From contig CBDBCZ010000016.1 in the NCBI GenBank assembly GCA_965203295.1, forward strand, positions 1,280,001-1,344,000: a stretch of 64,000 nucleotides of DNA, written 5' to 3'. Shown piece by piece: positions 25,458 to 36,599 of the stretch. A program made the translations under genes and the position numbers. The notes beneath the pieces were generated by a model. The model was not told where the DNA came from. It did no database searches and worked only from the letters and a program-made list of their open reading frames with translations. Position 1 is the stretch's first letter; each line of letters opens with the position of its first letter. Source of the stretch: Nitrospirales bacterium (GTDB lineage Bacteria > Nitrospirota > Nitrospiria > Nitrospirales > UBA8639).

Positions 25458-26906
25458 CTACAGGTCAGGCATAAAGCCTCTGTTCCATGAGCTGCCGAAA
25501 CAGCTGTCATCACAGAGAGGGCATTGTGTGACTGGATCTGTGTAAAACAAAGTGTTTCCATCTGGCAGATGGCACATTGTTTCCTCAATTGGTGCAAGAA
25601 AAAGCTTGTTGCAGGAGTTGCAATGCTTTGCCTCAAGTTGTGTATGTTCTACAGAGACAAGAGTTAAATCACTAGTCACCTTAAAATAATATAATAAAAA
25701 TTAATATTTGCTTACTAATACTGGACTTGGCTGCTGCATCTGGGACAAGTGGAGGAGGTTGCCTTGGGCAATCGTTACTGCTCCGTGTTGGAGCTGTATT
25801 GTCACTTTCTGAACCCTCATCTTCTTGTTGAGAATCATCACTCTCGAGTTGGGTTTTCTATATTTATTTGAAGAGAGAATCCTATAGAATAATCAGCTTT
25901 AATTTGAATCCATTCATTACACAGGTACCTTGTGCCTATCAGTGCCTTTGTACACAATATAGAACCGTGTTTTGCTGGGCTGAAACCCATGTTCGCTGAG
26001 AAATTCTCCTAGGCTCCACTCTTCAGGATCATCGACATGAAATGGGATCCCACTTGTGGATGCCAAGTAGTACCGGCTCATGTCATTGGCTTCCTTTGGG
26101 AAGAAAACTTCCTTCCCACGCTTTATCACCTCCTCATAATTTGAAGATTTCGGAAAATCGACATACCGAGGAGATGGTAAGGTCTTCTTCCTCACTCCCT
26201 TTTGAAGGTCTGTATCGTATAGCATTCCGCCCAAGTGAATCTAGAAAAGTATAATTATACAAATTATATACACATGTTCCCTTTTGAGGAGTCACTAGAT
26301 GTACACCAGCAGACTCACCGCTACATATCGCTTTTTACTACTTGTTGGTTTCATTGCAGTACTGCGCTGTTGAGGGGCTTCTGCAAGTGACTTCATTCTT
26401 TTTTTATAGGTTTCGAAAAGCACTTTTCGGGATTCAGGATCTGGAGTAAATAATACTAGTCTAGTGACTGTAGTTGAACAGTTACAGAAAGGTTAACTGT
26501 CCTCATGTGTAATACATGTACCTGATGATAGACTTCCACTGCTAGCACTTTCTGGAGTGGGTATGGCTTTTCTAACATCTATATAGATTAATAAGCAAAA
26601 AATGCATGTCTAGCGTGGATGATATGCCATTGAACATGTGGCTTGCTAAAGGTCCAATTACGTACCTTGTGATGCAGTGCTACTCAATTTGTTGCTGCTG
26701 CTATTACAAGTCAGCTCTTCCCAAAGTTGCCAAATCAATGAATGTTGGCCGACACTTATCACCTGATTCTTCAACAGGCGAAGAATGTGATCTTCCTTTA
26801 GAGATTTAAAAACTATTGAGGAAATCACATCTTCTTCCTTCAGCACTGCTATCACTTCTTCTTTCATTCCTCTCTGGCTCAACCATGTCTTGAAACTCGA
26901 CTCCAT
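25458..26906 (-). CDS. Transposon accessory gene (ORF2), left-arm mirror copy
   Basis: Mirror of 27286-28734; one visible substitution (26797 vs 27395) gives KSLKED versus KSLRED. Confidence 0.72.
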
Positions 26907-27285
26907 TCCAGCTAGCTACTCGTCACTACCAAAATACAGCAGAGATGCAGATGTCCAATTATTGAAGCTGCAGCACGTGGCTAAAATGGAAAGAGGAAAA
27001 CGGGTAACTCAGAAAGGGGCGGGGCAGTATTAACACTTAGTTCTGTAAATGTGTGCAATAATACACCATACGTTACTATACAACTCGTTGTGCACTTTCA
27101 GTTATTTGGAATTGTGCATGACTGGCTACCACTGCTGTATGTATTTTCGCGCGAAAATAGCTGGCTACCCCGCCCCTTTCTGAGTTACCCGTTTTCCTCT
27201 TTCCATTTTAGCCACGTGCTGCAGCTTCAATAATTGGACATCTGCATCTCTGCTGTATTTTGGTAGTGACGAGTAGCTAGCTGGA

Positions 27286-28734
27286 ATGGAGTCGAGTTTC
27301 AAGACATGGTTGAGCCAGAGAGGAATGAAAGAAGAAGTGATAGCAGTGCTGAAGGAAGAAGATGTGATTTCCTCAATAGTTTTTAAATCTCTAAGGGAAG
27401 ATCACATTCTTCGCCTGTTGAAGAATCAGGTGATAAGTGTCGGCCAACATTCATTGATTTGGCAACTTTGGGAAGAGCTGACTTGTAATAGCAGCAGCAA
27501 CAAATTGAGTAGCACTGCATCACAAGGTACGTAATTGGACCTTTAGCAAGCCACATGTTCAATGGCATATCATCCACGCTAGACATGCATTTTTTGCTTA
27601 TTAATCTATATAGATGTTAGAAAAGCCATACCCACTCCAGAAAGTGCTAGCAGTGGAAGTCTATCATCAGGTACATGTATTACACATGAGGACAGTTAAC
27701 CTTTCTGTAACTGTTCAACTACAGTCACTAGACTAGTATTATTTACTCCAGATCCTGAATCCCGAAAAGTGCTTTTCGAAACCTATAAAAAAAGAATGAA
27801 GTCACTTGCAGAAGCCCCTCAACAGCGCAGTACTGCAATGAAACCAACAAGTAGTAAAAAGCGATATGTAGCGGTGAGTCTGCTGGTGTACATCTAGTGA
27901 CTCCTCAAAAGGGAACATGTGTATATAATTTGTATAATTATACTTTTCTAGATTCACTTGGGCGGAATGCTATACGATACAGACCTTCAAAAGGGAGTGA
28001 GGAAGAAGACCTTACCATCTCCTCGGTATGTCGATTTTCCGAAATCTTCAAATTATGAGGAGGTGATAAAGCGTGGGAAGGAAGTTTTCTTCCCAAAGGA
28101 AGCCAATGACATGAGCCGGTACTACTTGGCATCCACAAGTGGGATCCCATTTCATGTCGATGATCCTGAAGAGTGGAGCCTAGGAGAATTTCTCAGCGAA
28201 CATGGGTTTCAGCCCAGCAAAACACGGTTCTATATTGTGTACAAAGGCACTGATAGGCACAAGGTACCTGTGTAATGAATGGATTCAAATTAAAGCTGAT
28301 TATTCTATAGGATTCTCTCTTCAAATAAATATAGAAAACCCAACTCGAGAGTGATGATTCTCAACAAGAAGATGAGGGTTCAGAAAGTGACAATACAGCT
28401 CCAACACGGAGCAGTAACGATTGCCCAAGGCAACCTCCTCCACTTGTCCCAGATGCAGCAGCCAAGTCCAGTATTAGTAAGCAAATATTAATTTTTATTA
28501 TATTATTTTAAGGTGACTAGTGATTTAACTCTTGTCTCTGTAGAACATACACAACTTGAGGCAAAGCATTGCAACTCCTGCAACAAGCTTTTTCTTGCAC
28601 CAATTGAGGAAACAATGTGCCATCTGCCAGATGGAAACACTTTGTTTTACACAGATCCAGTCACACAATGCCCTCTCTGTGATGACAGCTGTTTCGGCAG
28701 CTCATGGAACAGAGGCTTTATGCCTGACCTGTAG
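27286..28734 (+). CDS. Transposon accessory gene (ORF2), right arm, 6 exons, ~354 aa; SAM-like N-terminus, C-terminal CxxC...CxxC
   Basis: GT-AG exons 27286-27526, 27614-27670, 27752-27873, 27952-28263, 28335-28476, 28544-28734 total 1065 nt in frame. FKTWLSQRGMKEEVIAVLKEEDVISSIVFKSL..ISVGQ resembles a SAM helical pattern; CNSC...CPLC at the end. Domain calls are by eye. Confidence 0.72.
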
Positions 28735-28957
28735 CAGGAGGAGAGGAAGTTCGGATCATGATAATGTATGCAAGTGCTCTTCCGCCGATGAGAACTCCAT
28801 CTATATATCTAGCGATTGATGTTCCAATCCATATTTACGAAGGCAAATACCCATGTCTGCACTGTGCAAACAGGCATTCATAAATGCAAAATCCTGAGTT
28901 GACCACTTTGCAGTTATTTATTTGTGCATTTTGCTATAAATGTGCTTGATTGAAGAT

Positions 28958-31058
28958 TTACATGCTGTCAATGTCATTTAGCAACAGAAAATACAGTTGA
29001 AGAGCTTCTTGCCACGATACAGGATGATGCAGACTGTAATCTTCCAAAACTTTAGTTCCATACGCTGCAAACTCTTCACTTTGGCAGAAGTGTGCTTCGC
29101 AACTGTTTGGAAAGCCGTAGTTGGTTTCAGCATAATCCAGTAGGTCAAGATCAACTGAAAATTTATGGTCTTCTGCACCTACAGTGAAGTTTACTATAAT
29201 AATTATTTGCAGTGTTGCTATTAAAATTTCTGGTCAGACCATTCATCTCTGGAAGGAAGTACAGTACTTCAGGGATTCCACCAGGGGTCTCGGTGTTTCG
29301 ACTTTCCCGGATGCGATGGTAATTCCACTCGTGAACAAGAATATCAATTTCCTTTTGAATGATTGGTCCAAAACAGAACCTTACAGCTTCCCTGAAATTC
29401 AGGATATTACACGTAATAAGTGTGCAAAATAATTACTGTAATTACAATCCATACAGGTGATGAGGTAGAGAGTCATCAAAATCACCATGCATCCGTAAAT
29501 CCTGCAATAGTATAGAAAGGCAGATGTGGAAGCTATGAACAACAATTAGCATGCAGAAAAAAAGCAAACGCTACCTAAACACTATAATATTATGTGAACT
29601 AAACTTTAACAGTATTTGCTTTGCTTACGCGAAAAAATGTAATCCACCAGTCTGTCATTCGTGCTCTAAGAAAGCCCCACCATGCTTCAATTCGCTGGCA
29701 GTAATACAAAATGGGTTATATAGGTTTTGTTGTACATGTATACAATGTCACGTATGTGATGTACCTGGTTCGATGATGAACGGCCATATCTGAAACTGTT
29801 CTCTCCAGAAAGATCATCAGAATGCTGACTACGAAGGGTGGGCTGGACAAAGGCAATAATTGAATTCTCGGTTCCTCTGTCTACCCTCATTAGGCTGGGG
29901 ACACCTGCATACATAAGACCTTGATAACTGTAGCAATTTTAGCCTATACAGACTATTTGGCATACCTTGAACATAGCGTACAGTATCAATGTAGTGCTGT
30001 GCTATGACCCTAGGGTTGTTGTTGGTGTACCCACACTTCATCCACATAATTCGCCTAGAATAGCTTATAGGTATGTACATACGTGCAGAGAGAGAAGTGT
30101 AATAATAATACAGATACATCTGGCTAGTCTAATGTCAATCAAATGAACCTACCCGTCGATGCATCCATGAATGGTAATGCCATAGGGTTTGAGTTTATCA
30201 TTGCCATCGACGTGCCACAGAAAGTTTGGACCCTTGAAGAAAGTAGTGCATGACTGTTAATAAACCACTGGATATCAACAGGCTTGCTTACAATCATGCT
30301 TACTTTGCTGCGATACAGTCTTCTCTTCAGCCTCCTGCACGAACGTTCTTTACTACCTGCTGGATCTAGTAATGGTAGCAGCATCATTATCGTGTTCCTG
30401 CAGGGATGGCATGATGATCGATTTACCACAAAACTATAATTTCTGATATAGTATACCTTCTAACAGATAACTGATGAGTTAAACGCAGCCGATTCCACAT
30501 TCCTCTGTACCCAAGAAGAGATCCAGATCCCTGTAGTTCTTGCTGCCACAAAATTAAATAGCCTATTACATAGTGTATATGAGACTCCTAGCTGTGGCCT
30601 TTACAGAAGGTATGCATCATGCTTTTTCAAGACAAGGGTTTTTTTTTTCCTGTTTAGCTGTATGAACCTGAATGGCAGTCCTTATTACAGGTAGTGGAGG
30701 TTCTTGATTAGCAGCACTGACATCAAACATTCTCCTGATCCTCCTTACATGTCGTTCACTGAACGGTAGAAAATCTATGATCATTTGCCGTGTGTAGCTA
30801 CGTACTTGATGCATCGATGTAGCTAGCTGCTGCAACTCTATCTTGAGTGTTAACATTATCCCTAGCTACATAGAGAGTCTACTGACTCTCATATACATTA
30901 TACAGGTTTTATTACCTTATGCGATGCCCATGGTTGCTGAGGAATCGCTGAATGACAGACGTTGTCAATCCGCAAAGAGAATAGTACACTATTAAATCAT
31001 TTCTAGGTAGCTGGCTAGGCAGCTGCAGAAGGCCTGGAGAGTAAGAGATTCCTTCCAT
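28958..31058 (-). CDS. IS3/IS481-like DDE transposase, right-arm mirror copy
   Basis: Reverse complement of 23134-25234; ORF-track fragments are identical between arms (e.g. 24278-24505 + and 29687-29914 -). Confidence 0.88.
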
Positions 31059-32738
31059 GTCTCTAGTTACTATACAAAACTATAGTCACATGCCTGAAGT
31101 GGAACTTGACAATGAATCTAAAATGGCCAGCAGACAATATTTCTACCACTGCTGGAATCTATGCTGGCAAAATGCATTGTAAAGAGTGGAATATGCAAAA
31201 TGGAAAATGGAAGTAGGAAAAATTAAATAGAAAATTGAAAATATTATCACAGAAGGAGAAAATGGAAGGTGGAGAGTGGAAGGTAGAAGTGGAAGTTGGA
31301 TGTCCGCCCTGGACAGAAGGAGAAAATGGAAGGTGGAGAGTGGAAAGTAGAAGTGGAGGTTGGATGTCCGCCCTGGCAAAATGCATTATAAAGAGTGGAA
31401 TATGCAAAATGGAAAATGGAAGTAGGTAAAATTAAATAGAAAATTGAAAATATTATCACAGAAGGAGAAAATGGAAGGTGGAGAGTGGAAAGTAGAAGTG
31501 GAAGTTGGATGTCCGCCCTGGGCTTCCGTACACGCAGACTCACAGGAGTCACTGCCAGACAGAATAGCTTATGACCATCCAGAAGAGAACACAGCCCTAC
31601 TACCTGTGCCAGCTAGTGCAATGGAATAACGACTCTGACGCTACTTATTATTAGTCCTACAGTCTGGCTCGTGAGACAAACTTATTAACTTGGACAGACT
31701 CTGAAAGAACAAGATAACGATGTATATAAGGCCCTTAAAGCTCATTGTGATTGCATACATGAATATAGTATTAGTTATTTGACTATAATGTGCATTTACT
31801 CTGCTACTTTCTATTTCTGAATATTCTATTATATGTCTGAGAACAAACTATGCATAAACAGCAACCACAAGTGCAATGTAAAATCCCCTCTGAACCTTAA
31901 TGCATTCTTCAGCATGCAGCCTGCCACCAACAATGATCTGTTTCAGCAATCATACCTCAGCCTAATCAACATGCATGAGCATTGCAATCGATACTCATGC
32001 AGTGACTTGCCTGGAATAATAATTATAGTAATCACATATTTCTATACGTATAGCCAGTACTATACGAACAGAAAGCTGGAATATGCTGCACCCACTTTAT
32101 AGTGAGAATCCACTCACTAGTAGCTGTTTTGTGATAGCGGACACACACAGCTCCAAGACAAACTTGCTATTTTAGGCGTTATCATTTACCATTGTTTAAG
32201 TGGAAACTATAATCCTCAGTCTCCACGGCCTGCTTTATTTTCTCTGTACATTGGGAAAAGGTGGCAATGGATATTGGGAACGAGGCTTGGAATACACAAC
32301 TAGTCATGTGCTTTCAAATTGCTGTGCTGGTATGCATTAATCGTTGACTATATATGTGTTTCTGTTGATTAGTGTTCAGTATGCGTGATGACAAACTATA
32401 CAAAAAAGCCAAACAGTATGCCACCACAACTGCACTGTAAATCCCCTTTGAACCTTAAATGCATTCCTCTGCAGCTAGCCACCTACAATGAATAGATTCA
32501 GTAATCATACCTCAGCCTAATGAACTGAAACATTACTCAGTGACTCCCCTAGTCTCACATGCCAGCTCCCTTTAAGGACTAGCACATAAGACTATATGGA
32601 TGACTCTCGGCATACTATAGTAATCACATCTATCTATAGCTGCACTCAACATCCAGTTAATAGTGAGAATCCACTCAGTGGCAGCTTTCAGGTATACAAC
32701 AAGGTATATAATTATGTATAATTAAAAAGTGAATGGAG

Positions 32739-32901
32739 TCACTTTAACATCATAGCAAGGGAGACAAGAGGGTTCTGAGTACTGAAATACTTGTTGTAGT
32801 CCACCCTGAGCAGCAGCTGTGCCAGGTGAGGGGCAGAGTGGTGGTTCTTGACACTAGACACTATCTTGAAGAAAAGGGAAGACTGACGCTTGATCGAAGT
32901 C
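32739..32901 (-). pseudogene. Orphan duplicate of TUBGCP4 exon 16 with a 4-bp frameshifting insertion
   Basis: KRQSSLFFKIVSSVKNHHSAPHLAQLLLRVDYNKY retained; cttgATCGaagt at ~32892 versus cttgaagt in the other copies. Confidence 0.82.
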
Positions 32902-35900
32902 CTGTGTTCAGTGTGTGAGTACAATCATGTGTTGGAGTCGCCGTATACACTGTTAAAATAGAAATGCCATACTGACTAGTGGGGTGTTGTTTCAGTTTCA
33001 GCATGCATGTGAATAACTTCAGCAACATCACTTTCCTCTGAGTCTTCCTCTATCTACCTCTACATGGTTTCACCGTAGTGGTGCACTTTCATTAGTAAAA
33101 TGCTTAGTAATACACATTCTTGACCCAAAACAATGAATCTGTATCCATGCATGTGATGTATTGAAACTCAAGGGGTATTTGGTAGTGATGGGGAATCTAA
33201 GTCTGTATACGTGTATTCAAGCCACACACTATATTTCTGCAGCTTTTACTAGCTAGGCATATTATAATAAGGCTGTTTTGTTGCTTCAATTCTTCAGCTG
33301 TTTTACCAGCCGGGCATAATACTGCTTAGTACTGTGAGGTCAATAATTGTGTATGACAAAGGGCTCAGAATCACACTACTGCATGTAATTTCTGTCCGTC
33401 ACACTTTCCTAGCTAAGTGTGTTCAAAACGATGTCTCAGGCAGATACGTTAATGCTGTCTTCAACGCCGTGGCGCATAAACAGTTGTGGAGATCTGGACA
33501 AGTCTACTATACATGCTTCTATCAAGTAAGGCATGTTACAGCTTCCAGGTTAGAAGAGTTTGTGTGGCCGCTCTATAAACAGACATACAAGGGCTGGATA
33601 CCCACAGCACAAATCAATGAATAAGTAACTAAGTTTCAGGTAATATTGTGCTAGCCATGCATGCATGCACACGTTACAGCAACCAAATTCTGTTTAGGGT
33701 CACCGTCACCCACATCTCTGCTCACCTGCATTCACTCGCTAATAATAAGGGGGGGTAGAGTGTATGTGCATTTAGGCCTTATAAGGGGAGTACATTATCA
33801 CAATAGGGGGTACAGTGCCCCTTTAAAGTAACATATAGAGAGAACCCTGGATACAAATTTTGGGTCATGAAAGAAACTAGAGAAAAGATTTGTGTGGTAA
33901 ATCACGTGATATGTACATGGTTTGCATCTCCCCTGGGAGCATAGTAGAATACAGTCTCCCTGATCAGCTGCATCACTCACACTCACCCACATCTCTGCTC
34001 ACCTGCCTCAAATGCTATTTCACGAGTGGTCCCCATCAGCCAGAACAATTCCAGGAACTTGGTTTCTTTGGTGGATTACAAGCGTTTATGCATAAAATTG
34101 AGACTCTCTCTATAATTAATCTCTTCTTTGAGTTCACCAAAATTGGCAAAATTTAGAGGGACTGTGCAAAGTGTTATGGGAAGAAATCTGTCAAACACAA
34201 AACAAGTGGGTGATGGATGATGTTTTGAGGGTTATGTAACAGTCGATAGGGATGGAGACTGATGTGTGCAGCTTCACGCTCAAAGTTATTAAGATCTTTC
34301 AAAGATTGTGCAGTGCAGTACAAATCAAACAGGAGGACAACAAAAAGTTTTATCTCGCTTTTGTCCACTACATGTTAGGAAACCCAGTTTAGCTACTGAT
34401 AGTTCTGATGTTGGGGAGCGTGAAAAGCCACTTCCAGAATTTCGCAATGTCAATATCAAAACCACTGGTCGGGAGTACTACCCAACATTTCACTATTAGT
34501 AGAGTGCAAACCACCCACAAATAAGCTAAATGGTATGATAGAACAACAGAAATTCTAGCCCTTATAAGGCCATGTGGAATTGTTGTCAGCATGCATGTGT
34601 GAATTTTTCTCCCACTCAATTAGCATTTTTATTTGTTCTAAGAATGTTTGTTCAAGACAAAGAAACAGTACAACACCTGCAATATTTGGATTGGGATAGA
34701 GCATGCATGTGATTTAAAGCCATTCTTACAAACTCAGACTCACTTAGGCAGTGTAGGTGCTGAACTTCTGGAATGGGTAAAGTTTTTGGTCGAATACAAC
34801 CAATGTATTTCATTGTAATAAGCATACACAACCAACATGCATGCTTCCAGAGAATCCCCGATGTGAATGTCATTTGTGACTTCCAAGAAATCTAGGTACA
34901 AATACTGAAAGCTCTGAACAAGGTTTTCGTAGATTAAGTACATACCTAAAACGATCCTTGCCTCAGGATGAACCTTTATTTTGATAACAAAATTTTCTAT
35001 AGTCGCAAACACAAGCACATGTAATAATTTTTATACTCTAGCACTCAAAAAGTCATAAATAGCATTCAGCCAGAGCTATGTTCTGGGTTTTAGCCTGGGT
35101 TAAGGGATACTACACAGGTTATTGTATACATGTATATGCCACAATTATTGCATTGAAATTCATTGTATCGTGTAGAACATCATTTGAGATAGCAATAAAA
35201 AACAACATTTTAGACTAAGTGCTATCATATACTATGATACCATATAGTTTCATACATATTTAAACTCAAGGGTAAGACTCTTCTCCATCTCCATCTGCAG
35301 AACATTCATTCCAGCAAGAAGCTGGTCGCCCAATGCTATTTAGTGTATACCTACAACTAACTCACCAGGCGGGAAGAAGCCTGCACAAGACTTTCCAGTT
35401 TGTTCAGACATTGCATGCAGGCTCCAAATATGCATGAAGGGCAGAGAACCAGGGTGGTCTAACCTGAAATCAAGTAGTGGAAAATACATGAATTGCACAA
35501 ACTGAATTTACATATTATAATATTCCTATGAGCACTTTTCCAAAGTCTTCAATTTTGAGTTGCTCCTGAAATAGCTACAAAATATGTGTTTATTCTCTAT
35601 ATTTGGGAGGGGTATGTTCGTATTTGAGATTGGGAGGGGTAGCTAAGTTCATGTTCGTGCTACCGAGAATACTCTCAAATTTGGGAGGGGTATGTTCCAT
35701 TCTTGTATTATCACATTTAGGAAATTGGGAGGGGTAGCTAAGTTAATATTTGTGGTTTAAACTACCAAGTACATGAAAGGAGTAGATAAGCCTCGTACCC
35801 AGGCTCTTTGCACCTGGGCACAAGGCTAGGAGTAAGTTTATTATTAGAACGCTCTAGTTCTCAGCTATTCATATAGCTAGTCAGTGAGTTGTTAGCCTCA

Positions 35901-36599
35901 GAATTTCTGCTCTCATGCCATGCATGCATATTACCAACAGAATGAGTGTGTCTACGATATATAGCTCTTTGACTGGTGATCTGAAATGTACTACACCATG
36001 CAACTTTGATGAGTGTCTACATGCACGCACCGGCTGAGAAGGAAATTCGTGAATAATACATACCGGTATATACACACGTCTCAATACCGAACTCCCACAA
36101 CCTCATGCCGTACTACTTCTACGCATGCGCATGTGAAGTACAGTATAGCGGAAAAATTAAATGCGAATTTTACATTTGGCTACGACGTAGCTTATTTTTC
36201 GATCCAGTAGCTTGGAGACGTACGTATAGCAGCCCTTGTCGCTTCATTCTCAGCGGCATACTTCCTAATTCGTCCTAATACGGAGTGTAACTATTGCACT
36301 GAAAGTCTTGCTTCCGGAGGTCAGACACTCAAGGTTTCGAGTTCGATAGAGTGCACTTTACAACCCTGTTTGCCTCAAGTTCGATGTCCTTTAATACCGC
36401 AGAGAGAGGAATCGCTACACGATCGTGGGGCTAGGTACGATGCGCGCGTGGGTGTTACGGATTACATCACGCTTTATAATCGAGAATTAAATAATTTGGC
36501 CAAATTTTCCTGCTATACGGTATTCTACGTATAGGCAAAGACTGTAGCAAGAGTTATCAGTCTGAGTGGACAAACCTGGCACTACTGCTTTTCAGCACA

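Larger units (their letters stand above)
22662..31530. mobile_element. 8,869-bp palindromic DNA transposon, IS3EU-like (arms 22662-27024 and 27168-31530; spacer 27025-27167; TSD CACGCA)
   Basis: Ends TACGGAAGCCCAGGGCGG...CCGCCCTGGGCTTCCGTA; CACGCA at 22656-22661 and 31531-31536; internal ORFs have mirror copies whose coordinates sum to 54192; encodes a DDE integrase-core transposase plus a convergent second gene. TAY...RTA ends with a 6-bp TSD fit IS3EU as I recall it. Confidence 0.92.
20940..31654 (+). pseudogene. Paralogue 4, interrupted by the palindromic transposon (5' part 20940-22661, 3' remnant 31537-31654)
   Basis: Near-identical to paralogue 3 up to ...IAHA. The coding sequence resumes after the element (DSQESLPDRIAYDHPEENTALLPVP), with a further 4-bp insertion at ~31613. 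Read-through ORF 20940-22736 ends inside the element terminus. Confidence 0.9.

Noticed and set aside
22662..31530. Palindrome as a simple fold-back read artefact
   Set aside because: An artefact would be expected to mirror into host sequence. Here symmetry stops exactly at the transposon ends, a 6-bp TSD is present, the host gene resumes and the arms differ by at least one base. Read-level confirmation is still needed.
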